NCBI GenBank assembly: GCA_016213015.1
Contig: JACRCE010000063.1
Span: forward strand, 39-64,038
Direction: 5' to 3'
DNA: 64,000 bases
Origin: Deltaproteobacteria bacterium
Lineage (GTDB): Bacteria; Desulfobacterota; GWC2-55-46
This document shows, piece by piece, positions 8,646 through 17,505 of this stretch. Position numbers and translations under genes: made by a program. Under the pieces are notes generated by a model, which had not been told where the DNA came from, did no database searches, and saw only the letters and a list, made by a program, of their open reading frames with translations. Numbering within the stretch: position 1 is the first letter of the stretch; each line of letters starts with the position of its first letter.

Positions 8646-9616
8646 ATCGAAGACATGAAAATACCGTGAAGACGAGATGGTCTCTAAAGCGCATCGTTTC
8701 CGTTACTATCTTGCTTTCCGTGTTTTTACAGACGACTTGCCGCGCCGAGGTGATTGACCGCGTGATAGCGGTGGTAAACGACGCCATCATCACGCTCTCC
8801 GAGCTTAACGCGGCGGCAGCCGCGGCGCTTGACAAACTTCCGGCAAGCGAAAAAAAGGACGCTGAAAAGACGGCGGGGCTGCGCGTTGCCATGCTTGACT
8901 CGCTCGTTGAGCAAAAGCTCGTGAAACAGGCCGCCGACAAGGCCGGCATCGAGATAAGCGAGCGCGAGATAGACAACGCGGTGGACGACGTTATGAAAAG
9001 AAATAACCTTACAAAGGACACTCTGCTTCTGGCCCTTGCCAACAGCGGCCTGACGCACAGGGAGTACAGGGAGCAGCTCAAGGAGCAGATACGGCAGGTC
9101 AAGTTCATAAACAAGGAGTTCAGGTCCAAGATATCTCCAAGACCCGAGGATATAGAGGATTACTACCGCCAGAATCAGGACGAGTTCAAGGCCGGGCAAT
9201 CCTACAGGGTCGAGATCATACTTATCCCCGACTCGGTTGACGATAAAACAACGGCCGCGACGATCAAGGCCGTTCAGGACGGCATTGCGGACGGCGAGGC
9301 GTTTGAAGCGCTTAGCCGGCGATATTCCGGCGGGGCAGGTGCGGGAGAAGAGCTTGTAATCGCCTCGGGAGAGGTCGGCAAGGCCATGATTGATGCGCTC
9401 TCAAGGCTCGAAATCGGCAAACCGAGCAAGGCCGTGCGCCTTGCCCAAGGGGTTTATTTTTTCAAGCTCAAGGAGCGGATACAAGGCCGGATAAGGCCGA
9501 TCGAGGAGGCAAGGGAGGAGATACACGAAAGGCTCTTCAAAAAGGCGATGGATGAGCGTTTCACCTTCTGGCTCATAGAGGCAAAAAAGAAGGCGCATAT
9601 AGAGGTAAGGCTTTGA
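8642..9616 (+). CDS. SurA-like periplasmic chaperone (SurA N-terminal domain plus a degenerate parvulin domain)
   Basis: Signal peptide then IDRVIAVVND.IIT.SEL, typical of the SurA N-domain. GTG start at 8642 with a GAGGAG RBS, overlapping the upstream stop. It is in tandem with the other PPIase and precedes pdxA, as in the classic surA-pdxA arrangement. Confidence 0.7.
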   Translation: MNRRHENTVKTRWSLKRIVSVTILLSVFLQTTCRAEVIDRVIAVVNDAIITLSELNAAAAAALDKLPASEKKDAEKTAGLRVAMLDSLVEQKLVKQAADKAGIEISEREIDNAVDDVMKRNNLTKDTLLLALANSGLTHREYREQLKEQIRQVKFINKEFRSKISPRPEDIEDYYRQNQDEFKAGQSYRVEIILIPDSVDDKTTAATIKAVQDGIADGEAFEALSRRYSGGAGAGEELVIASGEVGKAMIDALSRLEIGKPSKAVRLAQGVYFFKLKERIQGRIRPIEEAREEIHERLFKKAMDERFTFWLIEAKKKAHIEVRL

Positions 9617-10602
9617 TTGACAAGCCCCGGATCGCCATAACCATGGGAGACCCGGCTGGGGTCGGCCCTGAGCTTATCCTTGCCGCCTTGTCGGACAAGA
9701 GGGTAACAAACGCCGTAACCCCTTTCGTCCTTGGCGACGCAGGGTTTTTTGGGTTTATGGCAAAGAGGCTGAAACTGAAGGCCATCGAACCGTCTTCGCT
9801 CATAAGCCTGTCCGATATCTCCCCAAAGACGATTAAACCCGGCTCTCCGACAAAGGAGTCCGGACTGGCTATGATACGGTATATCGAAGAGGCGGTCTGC
9901 ATGGCCGAGGCAGGGGTCGTTGACGCGGTTGTTACCGCGCCGATAAGCAAGGCGGCGGCTAAAAAGGCGGGCTTCAAATTTCCCGGACACACCGAGTTCA
10001 TAGCTCATCTTACCGGATGCAAAGATTTTCGCATGATGCTTGGCGGCCGCGACCTCAAGGTCGTCCTCGTTACCATACACGAGCCTTTAAGCAGGGTTCC
10101 GCGCCTGATAACGCGGGAGAACGTCTTTATGACCATAAAGATAGCGCATGAGGCGCTTAAGAGGGACTTTGGATTGAGAAGCCCGAGGATTGCCGTTGCC
10201 GGCTTGAATCCTCACGCCGGAGAGCACGGGATGTTCGGGAATGAGGAGGCGCGCGTTATACTGCCCGCCGTTAAAAAGGCGGTCGGCCTCGGCATCCGCG
10301 CAACAGTGCCCTTGCCGCCTGACACGGTTTTTTACAGGGCGGTGAGGAAAAAGGAGTTCGACTGCGTCGTGTGCATGTATCACGATCAGGGGCTTGGGCC
10401 GCTAAAACTCCTTCATTTCGAGGACGGCGTGAACGCCACGCTCGGGCTTCCGATCATCAGAACCTCGGTTGACCACGGCACGGCTTACGACATCGCATGG
10501 AAGGGAAAGGCAAGCAGGGAGAGCCTCGTGGCGGCGATTGAAATGGCCGCGCTCATGTCGAGGGCGCGGCGGTGCGTCGTGTTGACGCGGGAAAGGCCGT
10601 GA
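9613..10602 (+). CDS. pdxA: 4-hydroxythreonine-4-phosphate dehydrogenase
   Basis: 329 aa. GDPAGVGPE, GHTEF..H and VDHGTA.DIAWKG motifs; 4-bp overlap with the upstream surA-like gene. Confidence 0.9.
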   Translation: MIDKPRIAITMGDPAGVGPELILAALSDKRVTNAVTPFVLGDAGFFGFMAKRLKLKAIEPSSLISLSDISPKTIKPGSPTKESGLAMIRYIEEAVCMAEAGVVDAVVTAPISKAAAKKAGFKFPGHTEFIAHLTGCKDFRMMLGGRDLKVVLVTIHEPLSRVPRLITRENVFMTIKIAHEALKRDFGLRSPRIAVAGLNPHAGEHGMFGNEEARVILPAVKKAVGLGIRATVPLPPDTVFYRAVRKKEFDCVVCMYHDQGLGPLKLLHFEDGVNATLGLPIIRTSVDHGTAYDIAWKGKASRESLVAAIEMAALMSRARRCVVLTRERP

Positions 10603-10632
10603 TGCGCCGAGTAGATTCAATTCCTTGAATCC

Positions 10633-10668
10633 CCCTTATCAGGGGGACTTCTAAATTTTTATTCGGAG
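10633..10668 (+). terminator. Rho-independent terminator hairpin (CCCCCTTATCAGGGGGA followed by a T-rich run) after pdxA
   Basis: A GC stem with a loop, followed by TTCTAAATTTTTATT, seen directly. Confidence 0.5.
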
Positions 10669-10697
10669 CGCATCCGATCCGGAAAAGAACAACGGTT

Positions 10698-11111
10698 CTA
10701 TTTTGCCATAAGGAAACCCTTTGCCTTTGCGGCAAATTCATGGACATCCGGGATATTCTTTTTGACGGTTACTACGTTTTGCCAGTTCATTTTAAGATAC
10801 TGATGGATCGTCTCGTTTCTATGTTTTGTCAAGGGCGCTATTCTTAAAACTATTTCTCCGAGGAGTTCGTGGCAGGCTAAAACCGTATCTTTATAGGTGT
10901 CTGGAATTGACAGTTTCTTGTTCTTCAGGCATTCTTCGGCGATATCCACAATGCTAAGGATCAAGTCGTTCACTGTTTTATCGAGTATATTTCTGCTGTC
11001 CCGGTCCGCAAAATATCTGTCTCTGTCGATGTTTTCGGCTTTGACGATGAAATATACGGCTGTTTCTTCAAGAAATGCAATGAGCCTTTCCGCTTTGATT
11101 TCAGGCTTCAT
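10698..11111 (-). CDS. hepT: HepT-family HEPN toxin (DUF86, nucleotidyltransferase substrate-binding protein-like) of a HepT/MntA toxin-antitoxin pair
   Basis: The R-x4-H-x-Y HEPN motif (KHRNETIHQY) lies near the C-terminus; about 137 aa from Met MKPEIK. It overlaps the upstream mntA-like gene by about 11 bp. Confidence 0.75.
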   Translation of the reverse strand: MKPEIKAERLIAFLEETAVYFIVKAENIDRDRYFADRDSRNILDKTVNDLILSIVDIAEECLKNKKLSIPDTYKDTVLACHELLGEIVLRIAPLTKHRNETIHQYLKMNWQNVVTVKKNIPDVHEFAAKAKGFLMAK

Positions 11112-11496
11112 ACGCCGTTTCTCTCCTGAACCTGATACCTTCCGATTCGTGCAGAACACGGTCGCTTAATTCATACAACTTATCCCTGTCCGGCTCTATC
11201 AAAGGTCTTCCTTTTAGCGCCTCCTGAATGACAAACGGCGATTCGTCGCCATCGTCCAAAAAAAGTATCTCGACTTCCTTGTCAGAGGCCATCAATATCC
11301 TGTCAACGGCCTCTATCCTCGCGTCTTCGTCTTGACTGTTCAGGTAAACTGCAATGTCTATGTCGGAGCGCAAATGCGCTTTGCCCTTGGCATAAGAGCC
11401 GTACAGATATGCAAGCAGGATTGCCCCTTCTCTCTGCAATTCCTCCAAGACTCGTTTTATCCGTTGTATTTCATCTTTTTCAGCGGTTATGTCCAT
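11101..11496 (-). CDS. mntA: MntA-type minimal nucleotidyltransferase antitoxin
   Basis: GSYAKG...SDIDIAV is the G-S-x(n)-D-x-D motif of minimal nucleotidyltransferases; about 130 aa from Met MDITAEK. It lies upstream of hepT, as is typical. Confidence 0.75.
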   Translation of the reverse strand: MDITAEKDEIQRIKRVLEELQREGAILLAYLYGSYAKGKAHLRSDIDIAVYLNSQDEDARIEAVDRILMASDKEVEILFLDDGDESPFVIQEALKGRPLIEPDRDKLYELSDRVLHESEGIRFRRETAYEA

Positions 11497-11598
11497 GGCC
11501 GGAAAATAACATATGGACGTAAATATTACAAGTGGAACATAAGGAGGAAACACCCGTTGCCGCTGTACAAGACGGCATCTGCTCCAGTTGTTGCGTAT

Positions 11599-13575
11599 TC
11601 AAGCCGCCGCTCTCAGCATCTCAAAGGCCGCGTGCAGTTCGGCATGGCTTCCGAGCACGACCAGTATGTCTCCCGCCTCTATCGTAAACTGCTCTGGAGG
11701 GTTGGTCTTTGCCTCTCCGTTTCTGACCACGGCTATTACCGTCGCGCCGGTCTGTTTTCGTATCCCGAGCTTCTCAAGTGTTTTCCCGGCCAAGGGGTTT
11801 GCCTCGTCAACGAAGAAGGTGTCGGTAAGGCTTTTTTCAAGCACCGCGGCGAGGCTTTGAAGCTTCTCTCCGGTGATTGACGGGTTCCTGAGCATCGCAT
11901 AACCCTCCTGCCGCACAAGGTCTATCTGATTTTGTATTATGTTGCCGGGTATCCTGTACTCCTTCAATACCCTTGCGAATATCTCGACCGAGGTCTCGAA
12001 CTCCTCGGGTATGACCTGATTGGCCCCCAACTTGTAAAGCTCCTCCACCTCCCTTATGGAGCGCGTCCTTACGAGCACGAATACCGTAGGATTCAAATCC
12101 CTCGACGATTTTACTATCCTTCTCGCGGTTATCGGGTCTGATATGGCTACAACTATCATACTGGCCTTGTCAATGGCCATCTTTCGCAGTATCTCCGGGT
12201 GAGCCGGGTCTCCGAAGTACGCCTTGTGGCCGGCCGCTTTAGCCTCGTGCACCCTGTCCACGTTCACGTCGATGATGAGGTGGGCGATGGCGGTCTCCTT
12301 CAGGACGCGGGCAAGGTTCCGTCCGTTAAGTCCGTAGCCCACGATTATCACGTGGTTTTGCAGGGCGATTTTTTTATGCGGATCGCGGCCCGCGCCCTTT
12401 GTGAAGACGCGCATGGCGTCCATTGCGGCGCGGGACGACCACTTGTGCATGAAGGGCGTTGCGGCCATGCTCATGATGGATACGGCGAGAAGCGATTGAT
12501 AGAGTCCGACGCTCAAAAGCGCGTACTCATGTCCCATATTGATGAGGATGAAGGAGAACTCCCCTATCTGCGCCAGATTCAGGCCTACTATCATGGATAA
12601 CCGGAGCGGATATCTCAAGACCTGGCCGACCCCTATTATGACCACGGCTTTTACGGCTATGGTCGCCGCAAGAAGGATGACGAGCCATCCGATGTTGGCG
12701 ATGAAGAACTGAACGTCGAGGAGCATGCCGATGGACACGAAAAACAGGCTTGAGAAGGTGTCCCGGAACGGAATGACCTCGGCTACGATCTGGTTGGAGT
12801 ATTCGGACTCGGATATTGCGAGGCCCGCGATGAATGCGCCGAGGGCGAGGGAAAGCCCGAAAAGGGAGGTAAGCCACGCCGTGCCGAGGCAGACTAAGAC
12901 GATGGTGAGGATGAATACCTCTCTGTTTCTGAGCTTGACTATGCGCGCGAATATGCGCGGGATTATGTAGGCCACGGCAACCACGATGACGACGAAGGCG
13001 ACGAGCGCCAGAGAGACGTTTTTGGCGATGTTCATGCCCCCTGCGTTGCTTGACCCGCCCAAGCCCTGTATGACCATGACCATGAGCACCACGCAAATAT
13101 CCTGAAACAGCAGTATACCGAGGGAAAGGTTGCCGTGCGCTGAATGTATCTCTCCCCTGTCCATGAGGAGTTTTAAGACGATGACCGACGAGGAAAGGCT
13201 TATGATGAAGCCGAGAAGGAGCGCGACTGAAAAACTCTGGTTGAGCGCCAGAGCGACGCCAAGCACGGCAAGCACGGTAGCCCCCACCTGAAGGCCGCCG
13301 CCCAACATCCCTTCGCGCCTTATGTCCAACATGCGGGTTATGGAGAACTCCAGCCCGATGGTGAAGAGTAAAAGCACCACGCCAATCTGCGAAAGGGTCT
13401 CGACCGTGTTCATCTCGGTAACGAGCCTGAAGCCGTACGGGCCGATAATGACGCCCGTAACGAGGTAGCCGACAATGGCCGGAATCCCGGCCTTTGAAAG
13501 AACGATGATGATGGGCAGTGTAATCGCCATGACGATTACGATGTCTTTGAGCAGGGGTATGTTGTCCATGATCAC
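11599..13575 (-). CDS. Monovalent cation:proton antiporter-2 (CPA2, KefB/KefC-like) with a C-terminal RCK (TrkA-N plus TrkA-C) domain
   Basis: 658 aa with about 12 TM helices, then the Rossmann motif VIIVGYGLNGRNLA and a TrkA-C-like tail. Confidence 0.85.
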   Translation of the reverse strand: MIMDNIPLLKDIVIVMAITLPIIIVLSKAGIPAIVGYLVTGVIIGPYGFRLVTEMNTVETLSQIGVVLLLFTIGLEFSITRMLDIRREGMLGGGLQVGATVLAVLGVALALNQSFSVALLLGFIISLSSSVIVLKLLMDRGEIHSAHGNLSLGILLFQDICVVLMVMVIQGLGGSSNAGGMNIAKNVSLALVAFVVIVVAVAYIIPRIFARIVKLRNREVFILTIVLVCLGTAWLTSLFGLSLALGAFIAGLAISESEYSNQIVAEVIPFRDTFSSLFFVSIGMLLDVQFFIANIGWLVILLAATIAVKAVVIIGVGQVLRYPLRLSMIVGLNLAQIGEFSFILINMGHEYALLSVGLYQSLLAVSIMSMAATPFMHKWSSRAAMDAMRVFTKGAGRDPHKKIALQNHVIIVGYGLNGRNLARVLKETAIAHLIIDVNVDRVHEAKAAGHKAYFGDPAHPEILRKMAIDKASMIVVAISDPITARRIVKSSRDLNPTVFVLVRTRSIREVEELYKLGANQVIPEEFETSVEIFARVLKEYRIPGNIIQNQIDLVRQEGYAMLRNPSITGEKLQSLAAVLEKSLTDTFFVDEANPLAGKTLEKLGIRKQTGATVIAVVRNGEAKTNPPEQFTIEAGDILVVLGSHAELHAAFEMLRAAA

Positions 13576-13585
13576 TAAAAGACTT

Positions 13586-13921
13586 TCAACGGTCTTTTTT
13601 GACGGCGACGCTCACCGGCGTAGTCTTCGGCCTTGCCTGAATCTCCGATAGCGCGTCAAGGAGGAGCTTTTTTTCCGCCTCAAGCTTGTGCGCCGCGGCG
13701 ATCAGCTTTAACACCCCCGGCTTAGAGAGCGGGTTGTCCCACGGCGCGCTTGAGGCGGCAAAGACCTCTGAGCCTATTTCGGCAAAGAGCCTCACTTGAG
13801 TTTTTTGCAGAGTATACAGGCGAAGCCTGAGATTTGCCATCCGTCCGGCGTCCTTTATCGCTGTCCATGTTTCATTTGCCGCGTCCTTTATATCGTCATT
13901 GAGTTTATCGAAAATCCCCAT
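13586..13921 (-). CDS. Hypothetical protein
   Basis: 111 aa ORF separated by 10 bp from the antiporter gene. Helical, no recognisable motif. Confidence 0.4.
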   Translation of the reverse strand: MGIFDKLNDDIKDAANETWTAIKDAGRMANLRLRLYTLQKTQVRLFAEIGSEVFAASSAPWDNPLSKPGVLKLIAAAHKLEAEKKLLLDALSEIQARPKTTPVSVAVKKDR

Positions 13922-13940
13922 TACGGCCTCCGATTTGATA

Positions 13941-14135
13941 GTATGGCAGTTTCGATGATAACGGCTGAGGCCGTTGGTGTCAAGAAAGATGGTTATCAGT
14001 TATCGGTTATAAGTTATCCGTTTAAGGATAATTGTCTTTTACCTTCACCGATAACCGATAAGCGGCAACGGTTATCAGTAGTCGGTAATCGGTTAAGGAA
14101 AATTTCCATAACTATTTACCGATAACCGGTAACCG
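13941..14135. promoter_or_regulatory. Array of about 10 CGGTTAT / ATAACCG heptamer motifs (direct and inverted, some forming CCGATAACCGGTAACCGATATCGG-type palindromes) in the divergent intergenic region upstream of folD
   Basis: Motif copies seen directly: GATAACGG, GGTTATCAG, TTATCGGTTATAAG, CCGATAACCGATAAGCGG, CGGTTATCAG, CGGTAATCGG, CCGATAACCGGTAACCGATATCGG. Confidence 0.45.
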
Positions 14136-14150
14136 ATATCGGCCTTTGAG

Positions 14151-14179
14151 TTGCAATCACCATTGCATTACAGTATAAT
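14151..14179 (+). promoter_or_regulatory. Near-consensus sigma70 promoter TTGCAA-N17-TATAAT upstream of folD
   Basis: Hexamers and 17-nt spacing seen directly; about 38 nt upstream of the folD ATG. Confidence 0.5.
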
Positions 14180-14216
14180 CATAAAATTAATCGTAAATTG
14201 TGAGAATAGAAGGCGC

Positions 14217-15086
14217 ATGAAGAGACACAACAACGCTTTTATAATCAACGGCAAGGAGGTCGCGGCAAGGATACGCGATGAGTTAAAGGCCGTCGTCTCG
14301 GTAATGAAAAGCGATACGGGACGCGCCCCTGGTCTTGCGGTGGTGCTTGTCGGTGAAAATCAGGCATCGAAGGTCTACGTCAGAAACAAGGCGAGGGCGT
14401 GCGAAGAGGTGGGCATAAGGTCTTTTCAGCATAGCCTGCCTGAGAATGTGGGGCAGAGCGAATTGCTCGCCCTTATCTCCGAACTCAACGCCTCGGATGA
14501 TGTCCACGGCATACTCGTGCAACTGCCGCTCCCGGGTCATATAGACGACGCGCTCATACTTGAGGCCATATCCCCGGCCAAGGACGTTGACGGGTTTCAC
14601 CCTTGCAACATGGGGCGTCTTGCCATAGGCTCTCCGCTGTTAAGCCCGTGCACCCCTCTTGGCGTGATGAAGCTCCTCGATTCCATAGGCATGGACATTA
14701 GCGGCAAGGAGGCGGTCATCGTCGGCAGGAGCAACATCGTCGGAAAGCCCGTTGCCCTCATGCTCCTTAAAAGAAACGCCACGGTCAGCATCTGCCATTC
14801 AAAGACAACGGACCTCCAAGGAAAGGTATTGGCCGCGGACATCGTTATAGCGGCGATCGGCAGGGAGAGATACATCAAGGGCGAGTGGATAAAGGACGGC
14901 GCAATCGTGATTGACGTCGGCATAAACCGCGCCAAGGATGGGACGCTCACGGGAGACGTTGACTTCGAGGGGGCCTCGAAACACGCCTCCTACATAACCC
15001 CGGTTCCGGGCGGGGTAGGGCCTATGACCATAGCCATGTTGCTTTCAAACACAGTGGACGCGGCGCGTCGCCTTGTGAAAAAATAA
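14217..15086 (+). CDS. folD: Bifunctional methylenetetrahydrofolate dehydrogenase / methenyltetrahydrofolate cyclohydrolase
   Basis: Start at [16 protein letters not shown]. The signature regions [15 protein letters not shown] and GGVGPMT are present. Confidence 0.9.
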   Translation: MKRHNNAFIINGKEVAARIRDELKAVVSVMKSDTGRAPGLAVVLVGENQASKVYVRNKARACEEVGIRSFQHSLPENVGQSELLALISELNASDDVHGILVQLPLPGHIDDALILEAISPAKDVDGFHPCNMGRLAIGSPLLSPCTPLGVMKLLDSIGMDISGKEAVIVGRSNIVGKPVALMLLKRNATVSICHSKTTDLQGKVLAADIVIAAIGRERYIKGEWIKDGAIVIDVGINRAKDGTLTGDVDFEGASKHASYITPVPGGVGPMTIAMLLSNTVDAARRLVKK

Positions 15087-15090
15087 AAAA

Positions 15091-15774
15091 ATGATAATCA
15101 CTAAAAAGAAGGACATAAACGACATAGCCGCCTCCCTCGAAGGGAAAAAGACGGTCTATCTCCTTGGCTGTTCGTCTTGCGCCGAACAGTGCGCCACCGG
15201 AGGGGAAAAAGAGGTCAGGGAGATGAAAGGCTCGCTTGAGGAACGGGGCTTTACCGTAACGGGCACGGCCTGCCTGCCTGAGACCTGTTATAGACAGTAT
15301 GTATTGAGGCAGTATCGCCACTGTCCTGAGACAGGAAGCGCGGACGCGGTGCTTGTGCTTGCCTGCGGCGCGGGCGTAAGCGCTACCGCCGAGGCCGCCG
15401 GGCAGACTCAGCCTGTCTTGCCGGCGCTGGACTCCATGTTTCTGGCGACTGTTGAGCGGCAGGGCAGGTTCTTTGAAGGATGCTCTTTGTGTTCCGAATG
15501 CGTCCTCGCCTCGACCGGCGGGATATGTCCGCACACCGAATGCCCCAAAGGGCTCTTGAACGGCCCGTGCGGGGGCGTGGCGCACGGCTTATGCGAGGTG
15601 GACATGGAAAAGGAGTGCGCGTGGGTGAGGATATACGCCCGCCTGAAGGCGCAGGGCAGACTCCACCTGATGAAGAAGATCGCCCCGGCCAAAGACCACT
15701 CCAGCGGCACGCGGCCAAGAAAGGTCTTGCTCAGGAACCCGGCCGGTCCCGTTGCTATTGTCGGCAAAGGCTGA
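15091..15774 (+). CDS. Methylenetetrahydrofolate reductase C-terminal-domain-like Cys-rich protein (MetV-like)
   Basis: 227 aa with several Cys clusters including CP.TECPKGLLNGPCGG, which resembles the zinc-ribbon-like MTHFR_C domain. It lies immediately downstream of folD. Confidence 0.55.
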   Translation: MIITKKKDINDIAASLEGKKTVYLLGCSSCAEQCATGGEKEVREMKGSLEERGFTVTGTACLPETCYRQYVLRQYRHCPETGSADAVLVLACGAGVSATAEAAGQTQPVLPALDSMFLATVERQGRFFEGCSLCSECVLASTGGICPHTECPKGLLNGPCGGVAHGLCEVDMEKECAWVRIYARLKAQGRLHLMKKIAPAKDHSSGTRPRKVLLRNPAGPVAIVGKG

Positions 15775-15788
15775 AGGTGTCGACGCGC

Positions 15789-17339
15789 ATGGTTTGCCCT
15801 CTAAAACTCTTTCGTCTTCAGTCTTCAGCCTTCAGTCTATCTACCTTCAGCCTAAACACCTTTATCCTTGCAATCGCGCTTTTTGCGGCTTCAACGGCCT
15901 TGGCGCAGGACGAGCCTCAAAGGAAGCCCTTGTCCCTGAGGGAAGGCGCCGCAGCCGTGCTGGAAAATAATCTCGATCTGATCGTCGAAAGGGTTGCGCC
16001 GCTCGTGGCCGCGCTTGACGTCGATTCCGCGCGCGCCGTGTACGACCCGGAGACCTTCACGCTGCTCAAACGCACAGAGGCAAAGACTCCTCTAAGCGCG
16101 CGTTCGCAAACCGCCGCTGGCGGGCTTTCTTCAAGCGAGTCGGAAGGATATACGCTTGAGGCCGGAGTGGAAGGCAGACTCGCGCTTGGCGCGAAATATA
16201 CGCTTGAGGTCAAGGAGGAGCGGACCGCCGACACCTTCAACAGATTCGAGCCGCAGTTTGCCTCGTTCGCCGGATTGAAGCTGACCCAGCCGCTGTTCAA
16301 GAACCTTGGCAGAGAGGCAACGGAATACCAGATAAACGTCGCCGGAAAAAACAGGGATATCTCCGTACACAAGTTAAAGGGCCGCCTCCTTGAAACCCTG
16401 TCCGAGTACTGCGGTGTCTACTGGGACCTCTTACAACTCAGGGAGGAGTTGAAGGTGCGGGAAGAGTCGCTGAGGCTCGCCGAAACCCTCCTTGAACTGA
16501 ATCGCAAAAAATTCAGGGCCGGCGTAATGTCGGCTCTCGACGTGAGCCACGCCGAGAGCGCCGCCGCGGCCAGACTCGATCAGGTGTTGATTGCGAGAAG
16601 GGGCGTTAAGGACAAGGAGGCGGCCTTGAAACTCCTCATATCCGGCGACGTCTATGGCATAAAGGACGTTGAACTGACGCCTTCCGAGGAGGCATCGGTG
16701 GAGCCTGTCGAGGCCAAGCTCGACGACGCGCTCAAGACCGCGTTTTCCAAGAGGCCCGACTATCTTGAGCTGAAATCCGAGATCGAAAAAAGCCGCTTGA
16801 GGATACGCTACGCCGAAAATCAAAGATACCCGCTCATCGACCTCGAGGCAAGCTACGGCTTTAACGGATTGGGGGAGACAGCGGGTCAATCATGGCGCTC
16901 CCTTGACTCCAATCCCGAATGGAGCCTTGGGGTGCGCTTCAAAATGCCGCTTGAGGGAACGGGCGCTCAGGCTGAACTCGCCGGTGCGCGGCTTGCCTCC
17001 TCTCAATCGCTTTTGAAGCTCAAAAGGCTTGAGCAGAGGACGATTATAAAGACCGACCTGATAATAAAAGACCTCAGGGACTGCTTGATAAGGGCCATGA
17101 ACGCGAAACGCTCCACCGCGCTGGCTAAAAACACGCTCAAGGCCGAGGAGGAGAAGTTGAACGCAGGACTGTCCACCACCTATTCGGTGCTCAAGGTTCA
17201 AGACGACCTTTCGATGGCGCGGCTCAACGAGATAGGCGCGTCGATAGACTACAACAAGACCCTTGTCCGGTATAATATGGAAAAGGGCACGCTGCTTGAG
17301 GCGCTTGGATTGAAGTTTGGCGACGAGACAGGCCGCTGA
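15789..17339 (+). CDS. TolC-like outer membrane efflux protein (OEP family)
   Basis: Signal peptide, then two tandem OEP repeats with alpha-helical and beta-barrel segments; 516 aa from ATG 15789. The longer ORF from 15480 overlaps the upstream gene and is not credible. Confidence 0.8.
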   Translation: MVCPLKLFRLQSSAFSLSTFSLNTFILAIALFAASTALAQDEPQRKPLSLREGAAAVLENNLDLIVERVAPLVAALDVDSARAVYDPETFTLLKRTEAKTPLSARSQTAAGGLSSSESEGYTLEAGVEGRLALGAKYTLEVKEERTADTFNRFEPQFASFAGLKLTQPLFKNLGREATEYQINVAGKNRDISVHKLKGRLLETLSEYCGVYWDLLQLREELKVREESLRLAETLLELNRKKFRAGVMSALDVSHAESAAAARLDQVLIARRGVKDKEAALKLLISGDVYGIKDVELTPSEEASVEPVEAKLDDALKTAFSKRPDYLELKSEIEKSRLRIRYAENQRYPLIDLEASYGFNGLGETAGQSWRSLDSNPEWSLGVRFKMPLEGTGAQAELAGARLASSQSLLKLKRLEQRTIIKTDLIIKDLRDCLIRAMNAKRSTALAKNTLKAEEEKLNAGLSTTYSVLKVQDDLSMARLNEIGASIDYNKTLVRYNMEKGTLLEALGLKFGDETGR

Positions 17340-17342
17340 CAA

Positions 17343-17470
17343 AAGCGCATCTGCTTTGTTGTCTCGTCGCTCCTCAACTAGCGACGCACAACAAAGTGCG
17401 TCTTGTATTCGTCGCTTCCCTATTGCATAGGGGCCGCGCATCTGCGGCTTTTTGAGCGGCCTGTTTGAAA
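17343..17470. repeat. REP-like intergenic element, copy A (GCATCTGCTTTGTTGTCTCGTCGCTCCTCA ... GCGCACAACAAAGTGCG ... TTCGTCGCTTC ... GCATCTGCGGCTTTTTGAGCGGCC)
   Basis: Nearly identical to 38166-38280. Both copies lie immediately 3' of outer-membrane protein genes. An internal inverted repeat TTTGTTGT/ACAACAAA is present. Confidence 0.55.
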
Positions 17471-17505
17471 TTAGAGTTTTTCGATAAACTGTCAGAGGCA
17501 ATAAA

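Noticed and set aside
13941-14135. CGGTTAT repeat array as DnaA boxes / oriC
   Set aside because: The motif (TTATCGGTT) diverges from the DnaA-box consensus TTATNCACA at the critical 3' positions, and no dnaA or dnaN gene is nearby. It is kept as a regulatory repeat of unknown factor instead.
15480-15788. N-terminal extension of the TolC-like ORF (long form starting at 15480)
   Set aside because: It overlaps the MetV-like gene in another frame and is rich in Arg/Pro typical of out-of-frame GC-rich translation. The signal peptide begins at the Met at 15789.
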